Below, piece by piece: positions 37,890 to 50,040 of a stretch of DNA of 64,000 nucleotides. The position numbers were made by a program, and so were the translations under genes. The DNA is from Antechinus flavipes (taxonomy: Eukaryota). The notes under the pieces are model-generated. The model was not told where the DNA came from, ran no database searches, and worked only from the letters and a program-made list of their open reading frames with translations. The stretch is taken from positions 681,876,001 to 681,940,000 of the forward strand of contig NC_067399.1 of the NCBI RefSeq assembly GCF_016432865.1, in the 5' to 3' direction. Position 1 is the first letter of the stretch. Each line of letters opens with the position of its first letter.

Positions 37890-40298
37890 CTACCTACAAC
37901 AAGAATCGGTGATAACCCCAGCTTAGTCTGTGGGAGCCTCCTTGTGCCCTGGCTTCCCCTAAATGTGACTGTGCTCAGAAGTGTCCCAGAAGCCTCTCTG
38001 CCTGCCCTGCTCCGGCCTGTGGGCCAGCCCTCCCGCGCCCCCATCCCCACGAGCCCCGTTATCCCCAGTTCCCCAGCGGGCGCTTTGTCTGACCCTCGGG
38101 GTGTTAGCACATTGGATGCTTGGGATCTATACAGGGCACAAATAACCCCCTGCAGCAGGAAGTCATTGTCTCCCCTTCGCTTCACTCCCACCCCCTGCCA
38201 TCAGGACCCTCGGATCATGGACAGTAGAATTCAATATGAGGAAGAATTCATTGGTCCGGGGCCTTCCGTGTGGTGAGGGCAGACAGGCGGCAAGGCGGAC
38301 CGCCATGTTCCTTGTGCCCAGAGGTCGTTATCCAGGAAAGGAAGGCAGACACAGAAACCTTCCATAAGCCACATTTCATGAAGACACTTGAGGAGGAGCA
38401 GTGCCCAGGGGAAGTCTGAGGGAAATGATCCCTGGGGGAGGCCAGAGGGGAGGGAAGCAGGTTCTCCCCTTTCAGCCTTTGCTTTGCTGATGGCTCTGCT
38501 TGGGAGAAGGGTCTGACCCTACACATCTCTACACTGTTCACCCACACCATCATTTCTTCTCTGAGAAACTTTTCCCCCCAAAAAATTGGTCACGTCTCCA
38601 AGGGACCCAAGGGCGATGGATTCCCTTCTATGGGCTATGATTCAATACTGGAAAATACTAAAACAGATTATGTACATTGGGTATGTTCAAAGGAAATTAA
38701 TTTTTTCCCTTCATTCCCCAGTGAAAAGCAAGAAAGTCCTGGAAGATAAAAAACTCAGAAAATGCGATTTTTTGCTTTTCCAGTTTAGGCCCCTCGTGGA
38801 GCCAACGGTCTGGGTTCCAGTTCCAATTCTAAGACTTTTTCCTCGTGCCCGTCACCTTTCTCGTTTCATTTTTCTCACCTGTAAACTGGGAGGAGGGAGG
38901 AGAGAAGGTCCCTTCTAGACCTTTTGTTTTAAATGTTGCATCTAAGCCGTTTTCTTGATGTCCCCCATTTCTAGATTAAGACTAGCAAGAGGCTGCGTCC
39001 CATTGACTGGAGGGTGTGAGACGAGGCTGGCCGGCATCCCGCGGCAGAGCTTGAGGCTGGAGGAACAAGTGAGTGAAGGTTCCCTTGCGCAGCTCCAACA
39101 TGGCCCCGGACGGGAGCGGACCCGGGTCCGGCTTCCCTGGGCCTGCCGGCTTCTCCGCTGCCCTTCTCTGGACAGTCAGCAGCCGGACTCCACTCCTCAG
39201 GGCCCTTTTCAGGCTAAACTGAGTGACTTGACTGAAGTAACTCAGATTCCAAAAGAAACTGAAAAGAAGCTCTCCAACGAAAAAGTGGCTTGGCGAGTTA
39301 GACATGTGAGCCTGGAGCTCCTCCGGCACCGAGGGCGGCTCCTCTGGGGCCCTTTCCTGACCTTTTCAGCCCCGTTTCCTTGGGTGGGGGCCACTGCTCC
39401 ATTCCCCCCAAGCTCCCATTTTTCCCTGAAAAGAAGCCTCTCCTTCTTCAAGGTCTCCTCCCGGGCTAACTGCCAACCTCCAACCCTCAAACAAACTGTG
39501 GTTGGAACAGGGAAGGTTCTAAAACTGCAACTGCCAGTTCCTTAAAGAGGCAGGCGAGGGCCCGGCTCCCCGCCCCCCCCCCCCCGGAAGCCAGCCTGGG
39601 ATTTGGCTGGAAACGCTGGTTCCTTCTCCCAACTGCCCAGCGCTGCCGGATGGAAGAAGCTTCCCCTGCGGGAGGAGGGATGCTGAGGGAGCGGGGAGAT
39701 GTCGCCCCGCGGGCCGCTTTGGGAAGGGAGACCATAGGTTGGTCTGGAGAGGATGGCTCAGGCATGGGGACCAGAGACTGGGACACAGGGAGGATGCACA
39801 GCGGCCCCTGAGGAAGGACTGGAAGGAGGCAGACAGGGGAGAAACGAACATCTGCAATAGAGTGAAGGAAAAGGCGCTGAGACCATCCTGTGCACAGGAG
39901 CTCGGGGGACCCCGACACCCCAGCTCTGGAGGCCCAGGGACTGGGCTTGGAACTGGCCAAGCTTGGAACTGGCCCGCCCAGACACAGCAGCCCGAGCCGA
40001 GGGTCAGGAGCCGGCCGGCCCCGAGTCACTCTCCACCAGTGCGTCCACTTTAGAGACGGGCAGAGGGAGGCCCAGGGAGGAAGAACGCAGCAGTCAGAGA
40101 GGCAAGGCCGGGAGGACCCCGTGGCCTGACCTCCCACCGCTTGGCGGCGCCGTCAAGAGATTTAAAAAAGGCCATTCAGTGTCCGGGGCACATTAGAAAA
40201 TAAAGCTCTGACTGTGTGCCCCTTTGTCTATCTGTGGCCCGTCAGGGGTCAGTGGGTCAGACGGCTAATGGAGATAAGTGACCACCGGGGGGGTGTGT

Positions 40299-40879
40299 NN
40301 NNNNNNNNNNNNNNNNNNNNNNNNNNNNNNNNNNNNNNNNNNNNNNNNNNNNNNNNNNNNNNNNNNNNNNNNNNNNNNNNNNNNNNNNNNNNNNNNNNNN
40401 NNNNNNNNNNNNNNNNNNNNNNNNNNNNNNNNNNNNNNNNNNNNNNNNNNNNNNNNNNNNNNNNNNNNNNNNNNNNNNNNNNNNNNNNNNNNNNNNNNNN
40501 NNNNNNNNNNNNNNNNNNNNNNNNNNNNNNNNNNNNNNNNNNNNNNNNNNNNNNNNNNNNNNNNNNNNNNNNNNNNNNNNNNNNNNNNNNNNNNNNNNNN
40601 NNNNNNNNNNNNNNNNNNNNNNNNNNNNNNNNNNNNNNNNNNNNNNNNNNNNNNNNNNNNNNNNNNNNNNNNNNNNNNNNNNNNNNNNNNNNNNNNNNNN
40701 NNNNNNNNNNNNNNNNNNNNNNNNNNNNNNNNNNNNNNNNNNNNNNNNNNNNNNNNNNNNNNNNNNNNNNNNNNNNNNNNNNNNNNNNNNNNNNNNNNNN
40801 NNNNNNNNNNNNNNNNNNNNNNNNNNNNNNNNNNNNNNNNNNNNNNNNNNNNNNNNNNNNNNNNNNNNNNNNNNNNNNN
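40299..40879. other. Assembly gap (581 N)
   Basis: N run. Confidence 1.
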
Positions 40880-42559
40880 TCTCTGAAGGAAGCAGGGCAG
40901 CCCATCTGGATCCCAGTTTCATCCTGTGTAAAGCGGGGCCTTTTACGCCTTTTCTAGCGTCTGTTGGGAGGCAGAAGAGGCGATGGGAAAGCGCCGTTCT
41001 GGGCCAAGGAGGGAGCTTCCTCGTGTGTTTAGCTGCTCTTCGCATGTCAGACACTCACGCAGAGACGCGGCCAGCTCACTCTGGGGCCCGGGGCCCAGCG
41101 ACACTAGCGGGGACATGGGGGGGAACCTCCTCTGAACCTGGGAGTGGCTGCCTCTTGTCCAGGCGCCACTGGAGTGTTTGCCACTTCGTGCCCCGCTGGC
41201 CAGTGGCCACTGCTAGATTCTGAAATCACATGGAGCCCCTGGCCCCGCACCCAACCTATGAGGGTGTTGGCCGGGGCCCAGAGGCGGGGGGAGAGGGGGG
41301 CACTGGGGTCTGGGAACAGCCCGGGGGCTGAGCCTGCTTGTCCAAGGGAACACCTTCTGTCCAGGTTTGAGGCCCAAACAGCAATTAAAAACGTCGTTCC
41401 TTCCTAAAGCTGGAGAAGTAACAGGGCAGCTCCTTTTACTTAAAGGCAAAAGCCTCAGCAGGTCAGAGCCTCCTTTTTCGGAGCAGTTTTAGAAGGAAAT
41501 GAACTGAATTCTCTCCTAGAAATATCTGGGTTTGATTCCTTGCGGTGGGTCCTGTGAGAGCCTAAGGGAGCCATAAAAATCAAAGAGCTAGAAATCACTT
41601 CCCACCGATCCCGGTCACCCCAAGGAGGAGAAATCAGCCCAGATTGGGGCAGCGCCGAGAGCTGAAGAACGGGAGGGAGGAGAGACCTGGCCGCTCCGGG
41701 CTGCCCGGGGCCATGTTGGCGGGGGCTTCTGGGCTCTGGACAGCTTGGGGTCTCTGGGGGCCGGGACCGCCGGCGAGCCTGGGACGGAAGCCGGTCCAGG
41801 TGGAGGAGGGAGATTTCTCCTCCCTTCTAAGCCACAAATGCCGAAAGCTCCCGTGAGCCAGCCCCAAAGCTGCAGCCTCAGCATTCGGGCGAGGGAGGTT
41901 TCTGCCCCAAAACGCTCGGTAATTCGACAATCAGGTTCTGCAGGAGCTGGCAAAGCACATCACACCTCACGGCGCTGCAACAAACCCAATTTATACTGGA
42001 TCGAGGGCCTGGCCTGGAGCCAGAGCCAACATCCTCCCATGGGCCCCCCTGGGTGGCTGACCCTGATGCCAGGCTGGCCAGTGGCCCGGGCGGATCAATA
42101 GGGAGGGTCGGGGCACCCCCTCCCCCAAGGAGCAGCTGCTTTCCAGGGCCCGCGCTGCTTCCACCCCCCTGTCCGCACCTCCCACCACCCCCGGTTCTCC
42201 CAGGGACAAGTGGCCGGAATCCCGTGTTCCGTTAGGAAAGAAAAGGGAAGGACGAAAGACCGGGGACGGGACCCAGGCCGGCCGGGCGCCCCTCGCGCTG
42301 CCTCCCTTTCCCTCGTTCCCAGGGTCACAATGACAAAAGTCCGGGCCAAAAAGGAATTCTTCCTCCCAGGAATAAACGGCCAAAGGAGACGGACGGACAA
42401 TTTTCAGGCGAGGACATTACAGCCGCCTCCGGGGACAGAAAGGGCGCTGGATTGCGACTGATCAGAGAAATGCAAGGTGGCGGTTGGGTTTGCCATGAAA
42501 AGAGAGGCTCATAGTGCACCTGCCCCCCGGGAGCTCAGGAGCTCGGGGGCTAACGTCGG

Positions 42560-42665
42560 GAAGATTGGCTCCGGTCCCGAGTTCAAATCCAGCCTCGGAC
42601 ACTTAGTAGCTGTGGGACCCGAGGCAAAGCGATGAACTTCCTTTCTCCTTAATCCTTAGTTTCCT
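42560..42665 (+). mobile_element. CORE-SINE fragment, GC/CpG-enriched
   Basis: gagttcaaatccagcctcggacacttagtagctgtgggacccgaggcaa. Confidence 0.75.
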
Positions 42666-42855
42666 TAAGCCTCCTGCCCCGGCTGCCCGGGCCCCTGCCA
42701 GCTCACAGACTCGGTGACTGAGCCGGGCTCTATAAACAAGAGGCTGGAGCTGGAATCTCAGCTTGGGAACTCTCCCTTCCCTCGGAAACAGCTCGTGCTC
42801 CTCAAGGAAAGGCCCCAGTGATGCCGGGGTCCCTCCTGCTCCAACTGCAAAACGC

Positions 42856-42859
<4 letters not shown>

Positions 42860-42892
<33 letters not shown>
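42860..42892. repeat. (CA)n microsatellite
   Basis: Direct inspection. Confidence 0.95.
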
Positions 42893-42895
<3 letters not shown>

Positions 42896-43139
42896 CCCTA
42901 TACTCTCTCTCACGGGCTCAGACAGAAACGTACACAGACGGACAGAGCCGGAGGCCTTCCTGGGCCAGCACCCCGGAGCGTTTGCCACTTCCTTCTCCAC
43001 TAGAGAAAGGCAGATTGCGGGACTCGTCTAGGGTCACAGAGCCGGGGAGTGTCTGAGATGGGATTTGAACTCGGGCCTTCCTGACTCTTGGCTCAGCACT
43101 TTATCCACCAAGCCTCCCACTTATATGCTGCAACACATT

Positions 43140-43306
43140 TGTCTCTGTCTCTCTGTCTGTCTCTCACATCTCTGATATCTCTTTGTGTCTGTCTCTCACA
43201 TCTCTGATATCTCTTTCTGTGTCTGTCTCTCACATCTCTGAATCTGTTTCTTTGTCTCTGTCTTTCTATCGCTGTTTCTCTTTATCTCTATCTCTCTCTC
43301 CCCGTG

Positions 43307-43352
<46 letters not shown>
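43140..43352. repeat. TC-rich tract with a ~32-34-bp local tandem duplication, followed by (CA)n
   Basis: tctgtctctcacatctctgatatctctt repeated about 2.6 times; (CA)n at 43308-43352. Confidence 0.85.
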
Positions 43353-43354
<2 letters not shown>

Positions 43355-43681
43355 CCCTCTGCCTTTCTGCCAACACAAGATTCGGGGACTCCAACTTCCT
43401 GCTCCGCAGAAGGGGCCGAACACCTGCAGTTCTGGAAGAATTAACCCAACCCCTTTGCTGACTCCAACACGGGCAGCGGCCCCGAAACTCAGGCGTTTGC
43501 TTTGCTGGAAGCTTGCCTTAAAGAAACAAATTAGGACATTGCCATAACAACTCTGCAGAAAGGCGTCGGTCTGTCGGGGCTCCCGTGTCACCAGCCACGG
43601 GCAGGTTTGGGGCTTGGGTTGCCTGGGCTTCGGTAAAGAGCGACCGAGGGCGCTGCGTGAGAGCAGCGAGAGCATTCTGAC

Positions 43682-43833
43682 CTGTACCACTGCTGGCTTT
43701 GGTCCAAACGGGCGCTTTCATTCAGTCCCTCCACGGGCGGGAAGCTTCTCTGGCTGCCCGGGTCATGGCTGACACGGGTTAGCGACGGGCTCGAGCCCGG
43801 GTGTCCTCCCGCCCGCGCTGGGGCTCTCGCCAT
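43682..43833 (-). CDS. Candidate first coding exon (MARAPARAGGHPGSSPSLTRVSHDPGSQRSFPPVEGLNESARLDQSQQWY-R)
   Basis: Strong Kozak gccacATGG at the CpG-island edge; donor CAG|gtcaga; ends in phase 2, matching exon 29936-30026; no homolog recognised. Confidence 0.25.
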
Positions 43834-44578
43834 GTGGCCACGCTTCGGCTCAGCAGGACCTCGGGCTTCCTGGTCTCCTGCTGGTCTTTACTGCCTCGTC
43901 TTCACTGGGGTCCTTGTGAAGCATGAGGGGAACGGTGTGTTTTGAGCAAACCCTTGTGAATTCTCTGGAATTTGTCTTCCTGAGCTCAATGTCCCATTTC
44001 TAGCGGATTGTCCAGATGGAGATCACCGGGGTTCCAGCTCAATTTAATTTAGCCAACAGTCAAGAAGTACCTGCTGTGTTGAACCTAGCTTTCTGCTAGA
44101 TTCTGAAATCACATGGAACACCTGGTGCAAAGCCTCTCCAAGTGATATTTCTGGGAACCACGGCCCTCGTTCACAGCTCTTGGATCCATATCTAATTAAG
44201 GAGCACGGCTTTCGAGCCCCCACTAATGCGCTTCTTTGGTGGTCGGCAAGAGGAGGCCGTTATTTCCAAAGGCATTTACAGAAACGGAAGCGTTAAAATA
44301 AAGTAGCAACAACATCCCCCCATCTAAGGCTGACAGAGCTCTGACACACAGGAGGACCTTGTTACACGATGGCGAATGTTCCCCTTCCGTTACAATACCC
44401 TTGAAGAAGTCCTCATGGGACAGGGAGACCCTTCCCCATTAAGATCCCCTTTCTCTTGGTGAATTCTTTCTAAAATATTTTGGTCATAGTTGAAATTAAG
44501 AAACAAAATGTGGGCTGTGGGGCAGACTGGGATGGCAGGGACTCTCACTCCCTATCCTGGAAGCCATGTTTTTCTTGG

Positions 44579-45283
44579 TGTAACCGAAAAAAAAAAATCC
44601 CTTTTTAATTAGCTGCTACTCCTAACGTTTGACCACACTAAATTTATAATCCATGAAAATGCAGATTGTTTTAACCCTATAAAACGGCTCTAGATGCAGA
44701 CTTCTTCCACCATATTATTATAAAGATAACACAAAGAGAAACAATCCGGATGAGGAAGAATGGAAGATAAGTCTATAAAGCCCAGTATGGATGGATGAGG
44801 AACTTACTGATTGACTAGATCTTGCAAATCTAGAGTAAAATATGGAGACAAGAAGAGGTAACAGAAAAGAGACAGAAAAAGGTTGGGACCGAGGCTGGCT
44901 TGTGACAGGAGTGCCAATTATCTCTCAAAGTGAATGGGAAAGTATCCAAAGGAGAGTCACCAAAGAGGGAAGATTCCTGAGATAACGCTGCACGAGCAGG
45001 AGGGGAAGCAACCAGCTTGGGGAAACTGGAGAAGATGAGGTTGAAGATGAGGGGTATCTTCTCTGATGCCCTGGAGAGCAAGTCACAAACAAGGAGCAAA
45101 GAGGGACAAGTAGTTTTATGGCAAGTAGGACACTTTACCAAAGTAATCAATTGGTGTTAAGTCAAGAGGAGATATAAGAAGCCCAGCGTCCATGGGGCTT
45201 CCTAGTCTATTCCTTTATAGATTTAAATTACATAGAGGGATTGTACAGAGTTCTAAGCCCTTCGTTTGGAGAACTTCCTAACA
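44579..45283 (-). mobile_element. Possible solo LTR
   Basis: Minus-strand termini TGTTAGG...GGTTACA, ~705 bp, attaaa near the 3' end; flanks do not form a clean TSD. Confidence 0.35.
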
Positions 45284-46479
45284 TTTAGACACGTTAGGCT
45301 CTCTTTTTAAATTTATATTCATTACTATCCCTAGCTATCTCCTGGACTCTTTGCAGCTAAGGCAAAATTCAGGTTTTTATTAACATTTGTATAAAGAGAA
45401 CAAAAACTTTTCCTTTTTTTAGGCAATAGATAGGGAAAAAAAAAAAAGACTTCTGCTTGGACCTTCCCTCCTTCCTTGTGGGGGTAGATACTATTGGTGC
45501 CATTCCCCCTTAATTTTACTTTACTGGGTTAATGATGTCTTCTTTAAAATAATTCTTTATTTTCCTCTTTCATCCTTGTGATATCAGACAATTTATTCTT
45601 TTTCTCTAAGCCTTCATTATTCATAATTCTCACCATTATTATAAATATATATTTTCTAGTATGAAAAACATTTAATATTTCTGTCTTCCTAAGTTTAGTT
45701 CTATGTTCTTCAGATTATAGAACAAGGTTGATTTTTGTTTTTCCTACTATAACAACCATGTATGTTTAAGTAATCGATAAATTCTAATATTTTTTAATAT
45801 AATTCTTGCCAAATATCTAAGGAATCTATGTTGTATTTGTTTCTCTTCCAAGATTCTATAAGTTGGTATTTACTTTTTATTTATATGGTTTTTTCGCATA
45901 TTCTTTTAGTAAGGGTAGAAGTCTATCATATTTTTCTATCTTTTTAAATTCATGTATTTTAAAAAATCCATTTTAATGAGTATAAATACATGCCGTTCCA
46001 ATATTGCTATTCTTCCCTTGTTAATCCTTTCTTCAATCTTTCTTAGTCTTAGTTTTCTCATCTATAATATGGGATAATATTACCTTCTATCTGACAGGAA
46101 TTTTTGTAAGTTTTAAATAAGATAATAGACATAAAGTGCTTTGCAAACTTAAAAATATGACACATTTGAGTTATTAATAATAACTTAGATCTCATTTGTA
46201 CCTCTTCTAATATTTTCTCATTTAGACTTAGCTTTGATATCATGTCTCTTCTTAATTATCTGGAGTTATTTCTATCATATCATACATTTCTTCCTTTTTT
46301 ACCCCCACTTACTACTCACAGCTGCTCATCAAAGTGATTAACATTCAAGTGATTCTGAGTCCCTGATCATCATTAATCAAAGCCCATTCTCTGACTTCTA
46401 CTTCCCACTACTTTGTTCCCATGACTCTCAACCCAACCCATCTACTTCTTTTTGTCCCTTTACTGCTGAGTGGTATATA

Positions 46480-46695
46480 GATAGAGTCTTGAATTGGAGT
46501 TGGGAAGTCTTGAATTCAAATCCAACCTCAGACACTTATTACCTGTGTGTGCCTGGATGAATTGCTTAACTTCTCCCTGCCTAGGTGTCCTTATCTGCAA
46601 AAGAGAGGTGCTCGTGGCACCTTTCTCACAAAGTTGTTTTAACGCTAAAGTGAGATATTTGTAAAATATTTTGCAAATCTTAAATTGAGGTTTAA
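46480..46695 (+). mobile_element. MIR/CORE-SINE
   Basis: gaattcaaatccaacctcagacacttattacctgtgtg...ccttatctgcaaaa. Confidence 0.85.
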
Positions 46696-46950
46696 TACTG
46701 CTATTACTACCACCACCACTGCTACTACCACTCTTATAACTACTATTACCACTACTATCACTACTACTACCACAATCATAACTACTACTACTGCTATTAC
46801 TATTACTACCACTATTATTACTACTGTTACAATCACTATTATAACTACTACTACTACCACCACTGCTATTCCTACTAATACTAATGCCACCATTATTATT
46901 ATAACTACTACTACTAACATTGCTGCTACTGCTACTACTACTATTACCCA
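46696..46950. repeat. Imperfect (ACT/ATT/ACC)n trinucleotide array
   Basis: Direct inspection; source of the spurious poly-T, poly-V and poly-S ORFs. Confidence 0.95.
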
Positions 46951-46959
46951 CTCTTCCAT

Positions 46960-49335
46960 TGTTCCTTCTACAACACGGCTTCAAGAGCAACAAAGAAAAG
47001 AGAAAGAAAATCTTTCTTGTTCCTACTTCTTCTTTCTGGATCTCAGAGATGGCTACTTAATGATGACAGATCCTCTCTAGATAACTTTTAAAGCAAGATT
47101 TGCACATTCTCTCAATACCCTTTTATCACTGATTCAGTGGAAGATGAGTTGGAAATTAACCCACAATTCTCATTGCCACTTTTACCATCACCCCTATTAC
47201 TTAATAACCTTTCCTCCTCTGACATTCAGTCAATCTACACTAAGCAGTCAAAATTCTGGTGCCCATTGTCTACTGACATGACTTCTAAACACTCACTTAG
47301 GGGCCTCCCCATACAGATTGATATTCATCCAAACACCAAAATCTTTCTTTTCCTTAATTTACTAATTCCTCATCACCATCTCAGATACACACAGAGATGA
47401 GCATATCATTTCTGTGGTATAACATCATGGTCACGAATACAGGAATTTCCTTAGTGGATCACAATCAATTAGCTTTCTAGCTCTCTCTGATTTATGGGCA
47501 ATCCCTCATTCTGTTCTTCATCCTCAGTATGATCTCCATTTCCTCATCTAATCAGTTGGTTAGTTATCTTTGCATTGATTCCACTTCCCCATCTTCACCC
47601 CATTATTAATCAGTTCACTTCCACTCTGCCCTCTCCTCAGTCTCTGGACCTCATCAGCTATATCTAATATTGCTTTTCCTTCTACCGTCCACTACTTTTG
47701 TTTCTGCTCATTACTGTTTACTAAAGCTGAAGAAGTGGATGAGGTGTGCATTAAGAACTAGTGCGTCCTCTGTGAGGGTCTTCAGAGTTGCTCACCTACT
47801 TTTAGTGCCTAATTCTCTCCCCTAATTCTCATCAGTGGTTCCAAGAAACTATAGCATATGCAACATCTACCATCTCATATCGACAAATGGGCTTAAACAG
47901 GTAACAAGTAATCAACAGACCTTACATCATTTGGTAAGTTAGAGTGATTTTGAGGCCAACCTTGTTAAGATTTTCCCTAGTAGAATGAGTGGGTGAGAAC
48001 AATGAGCTCCATCTGGCCATGAAGGTGACTGAAGTAGATGCTTAGAGCTTGGTCAGATATTGAAGACATCAAGGTCATCCAATGCATCCAGGTTATTCTA
48101 CTTATCTTGACTTCTGTCTTGCTACTGCTCTTTGACAACTCTGGAAGAGAAAGCTTGATGACTTGGTGCAACTCTGCCTCACTTAAATCTATCATCCCAT
48201 GTCAATTGTCCTCTTTGAAAAAAAAAATAAACAACTGATGATGAAGACAATCATCAAACATTGCTCAGTCATTCCATTACACATTTATGTTACCACATTT
48301 CAAATAGGTCTTCACTGCACCAATCTAATCCTTTTACACTGTCCTGACTCATCATTTCACTTTCCACAGCAGCTCTTCTGAAGTTTTTTTATCCCTCCTT
48401 GAACCTCTCATAGATCCTCCTTCTTGACACTGTCTCAGATGAAAACCTGCCCTCATGTCTCACTGAAAAAATGGATTCATTTGCCAAGACCTCTCTTTCC
48501 CTCTCTTCTTGATTTCATAGCACTCAGATGCCATCTGTAACAATGGACTTCTTCACCCCGACTCACTTAGAGAGTTTATCCTTCTCCTTGTCAAGGCAAA
48601 CCCTTCCAACTGAACAAATGATCCCATTCCATCCCATCTTCTCCAGTACATTACCCGCTCTGTCATCTTAACTCTCTCACTTATCTTCAATTTCTCTGTC
48701 TACTGGCTGCTCAAGCATGATCACATTTCCCCCATTCTCCAAAAAAAAAAAAATCACTAGATCAATCCATCCTTGCTAACTATCACCATAAAATTCCCAG
48801 TCTTTCTGTAGTTATAACTCTTGAGAAAGCAGTCCACAGTTCCTGATTCTACTTTCTTTCCTATCACTCTCTTATCACTCCTTACATTTGTTTCTGATCT
48901 TATCATTTTAGTGGAAATGCATTTTCCAAAGTCATCAATAATCTATTAATAACCAAGTTGCAAAGCCTTTTCTCTATCCTCATCTTCCTTAACTGCTCTG
49001 TAGTCTTCAATCCTTTTGATCACCCTCTTCTTGATACAATCCTCTCTAGATTTCCATGATTTTGTTCTCTTCTGGTTCTCATACCAATCTCACCATTCCT
49101 TCTCATTCTCCTTTGTTGAAAGCCTGATTATACCGATGGTAACCATGAGCATCTCCCAAAGTTATGTCCTAGACCATCTTTTCTTCTCCCTTCATAGTAT
49201 TTTGCTTAATAATCTCATTCACTGCCATGGAATAAGTTATGAAATCTATGTAGATGATCCTCAGATCTATTTTTCAAGTTCAAGATCTATATTTCCTGAA
49301 TCCTAGCTTCACATCTCCAACTCCCTGTTAGCTAT
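46960..49335 (+). mobile_element. Old L2 LINE (ORF2 remnants), interrupted
   Basis: RT motif remnant CHGISYEIYVDDPQIY (49016-49306); pyrimidine-rich L2 body. Confidence 0.75.
47970..48230 (-). mobile_element. Marsupial RTE-related SINE-like insert within the L2
   Basis: gagaacaatgagctccatctggccatgaaggtgactgaagtagatgctt...gcaactctgcctcacttaaatc resembles a common marsupial interspersed repeat; family name uncertain. Confidence 0.5.
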
Positions 49336-49344
49336 ATTGAAGCT

Positions 49345-49772
49345 GTGAATACAGTACTGAATATTAGGCTTGGGGTAAGAAAGATGAGTTACAAATGCAA
49401 GTTCAGACACTTACTAGCTGTGTGACCCTGAACAAGTCACTTAAGTCTGTTTGCCTCATCCATAAAATGAACTGGAGATGGAAATATTATTTTGAGAATG
49501 GAGGGAGGGTGGTCATGCTTGAGCAGCTAGCAGACAGTGAAATTGAAACTAAGTGAGAGCATTAATATGACAGAGTGGGTAAGATACTGGAGAAGTTGGA
49601 ATGGAATGGGAACATTTGTTCACTTAGTAAAATTTGCCTTGATAAAGAGAAAGAGAAGGATAAGCTCTATACTTAAAACTCTTGAATACACCTTATACTT
49701 ATTATACTTGAGTATCTTTGCCAAGAAAACTTCAAAAGGAATCACAGAGTCAGACATGACTGAACAATATAC
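49345..49772 (+). mobile_element. MAR1-like CORE-SINE with RTE-type tail, split by a ~220-bp insert
   Basis: Head cagacacttactagctgtgtgaccctgaacaagtcactt...ggagatggaaat; tail gagtatctttgccaagaaaac...cagagtcagacatgactgaac. Confidence 0.7.
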
Positions 49773-49774
49773 AC

Positions 49775-49814
49775 ATATGCATATTCATATATATACATAC
49801 ATATATTTATAAAT

Positions 49815-49859
<45 letters not shown>

Positions 49860-50040
49860 TATAATAAATAAATAAATGTATGTGTATATATAGATATCTC
49901 CCATCCATCCTTATATTTATCTCATATAACCACCATCCACACACATGTATATCTACCACATTCACATATATTACAATTGGTACACATATATAATTTTATA
50001 TATACTACATATATTGTTAGCTATATGTGTATATATAAAG
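49775..50040. repeat. (TA)n/AT-rich low-complexity tract
   Basis: Direct inspection. Confidence 0.85.

Larger units (their letters stand above)
39500..43900. promoter_or_regulatory. CpG-island-like region (possible promoter), interrupted by a gap
   Basis: Visibly high GC and CpG density (ccgg, gcgc, cgcg), GC boxes, few repeats; CpG o/e not computed. Confidence 0.6.

Noticed and set aside
38955-40137. 196-aa and 216-aa ORFs
   Set aside because: Pro/Arg/Ser/Gly-rich with overlapping ORFs on both strands, as expected in high-GC DNA; no domain recognised
40214-41054. 200-265-aa ORFs
   Set aside because: Artefacts of N runs read as open codons
46460-47080. Poly-Ser/Thr/Val ORFs resembling mucin or membrane proteins (also 60372-60885)
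   Set aside because: Translations of trinucleotide arrays
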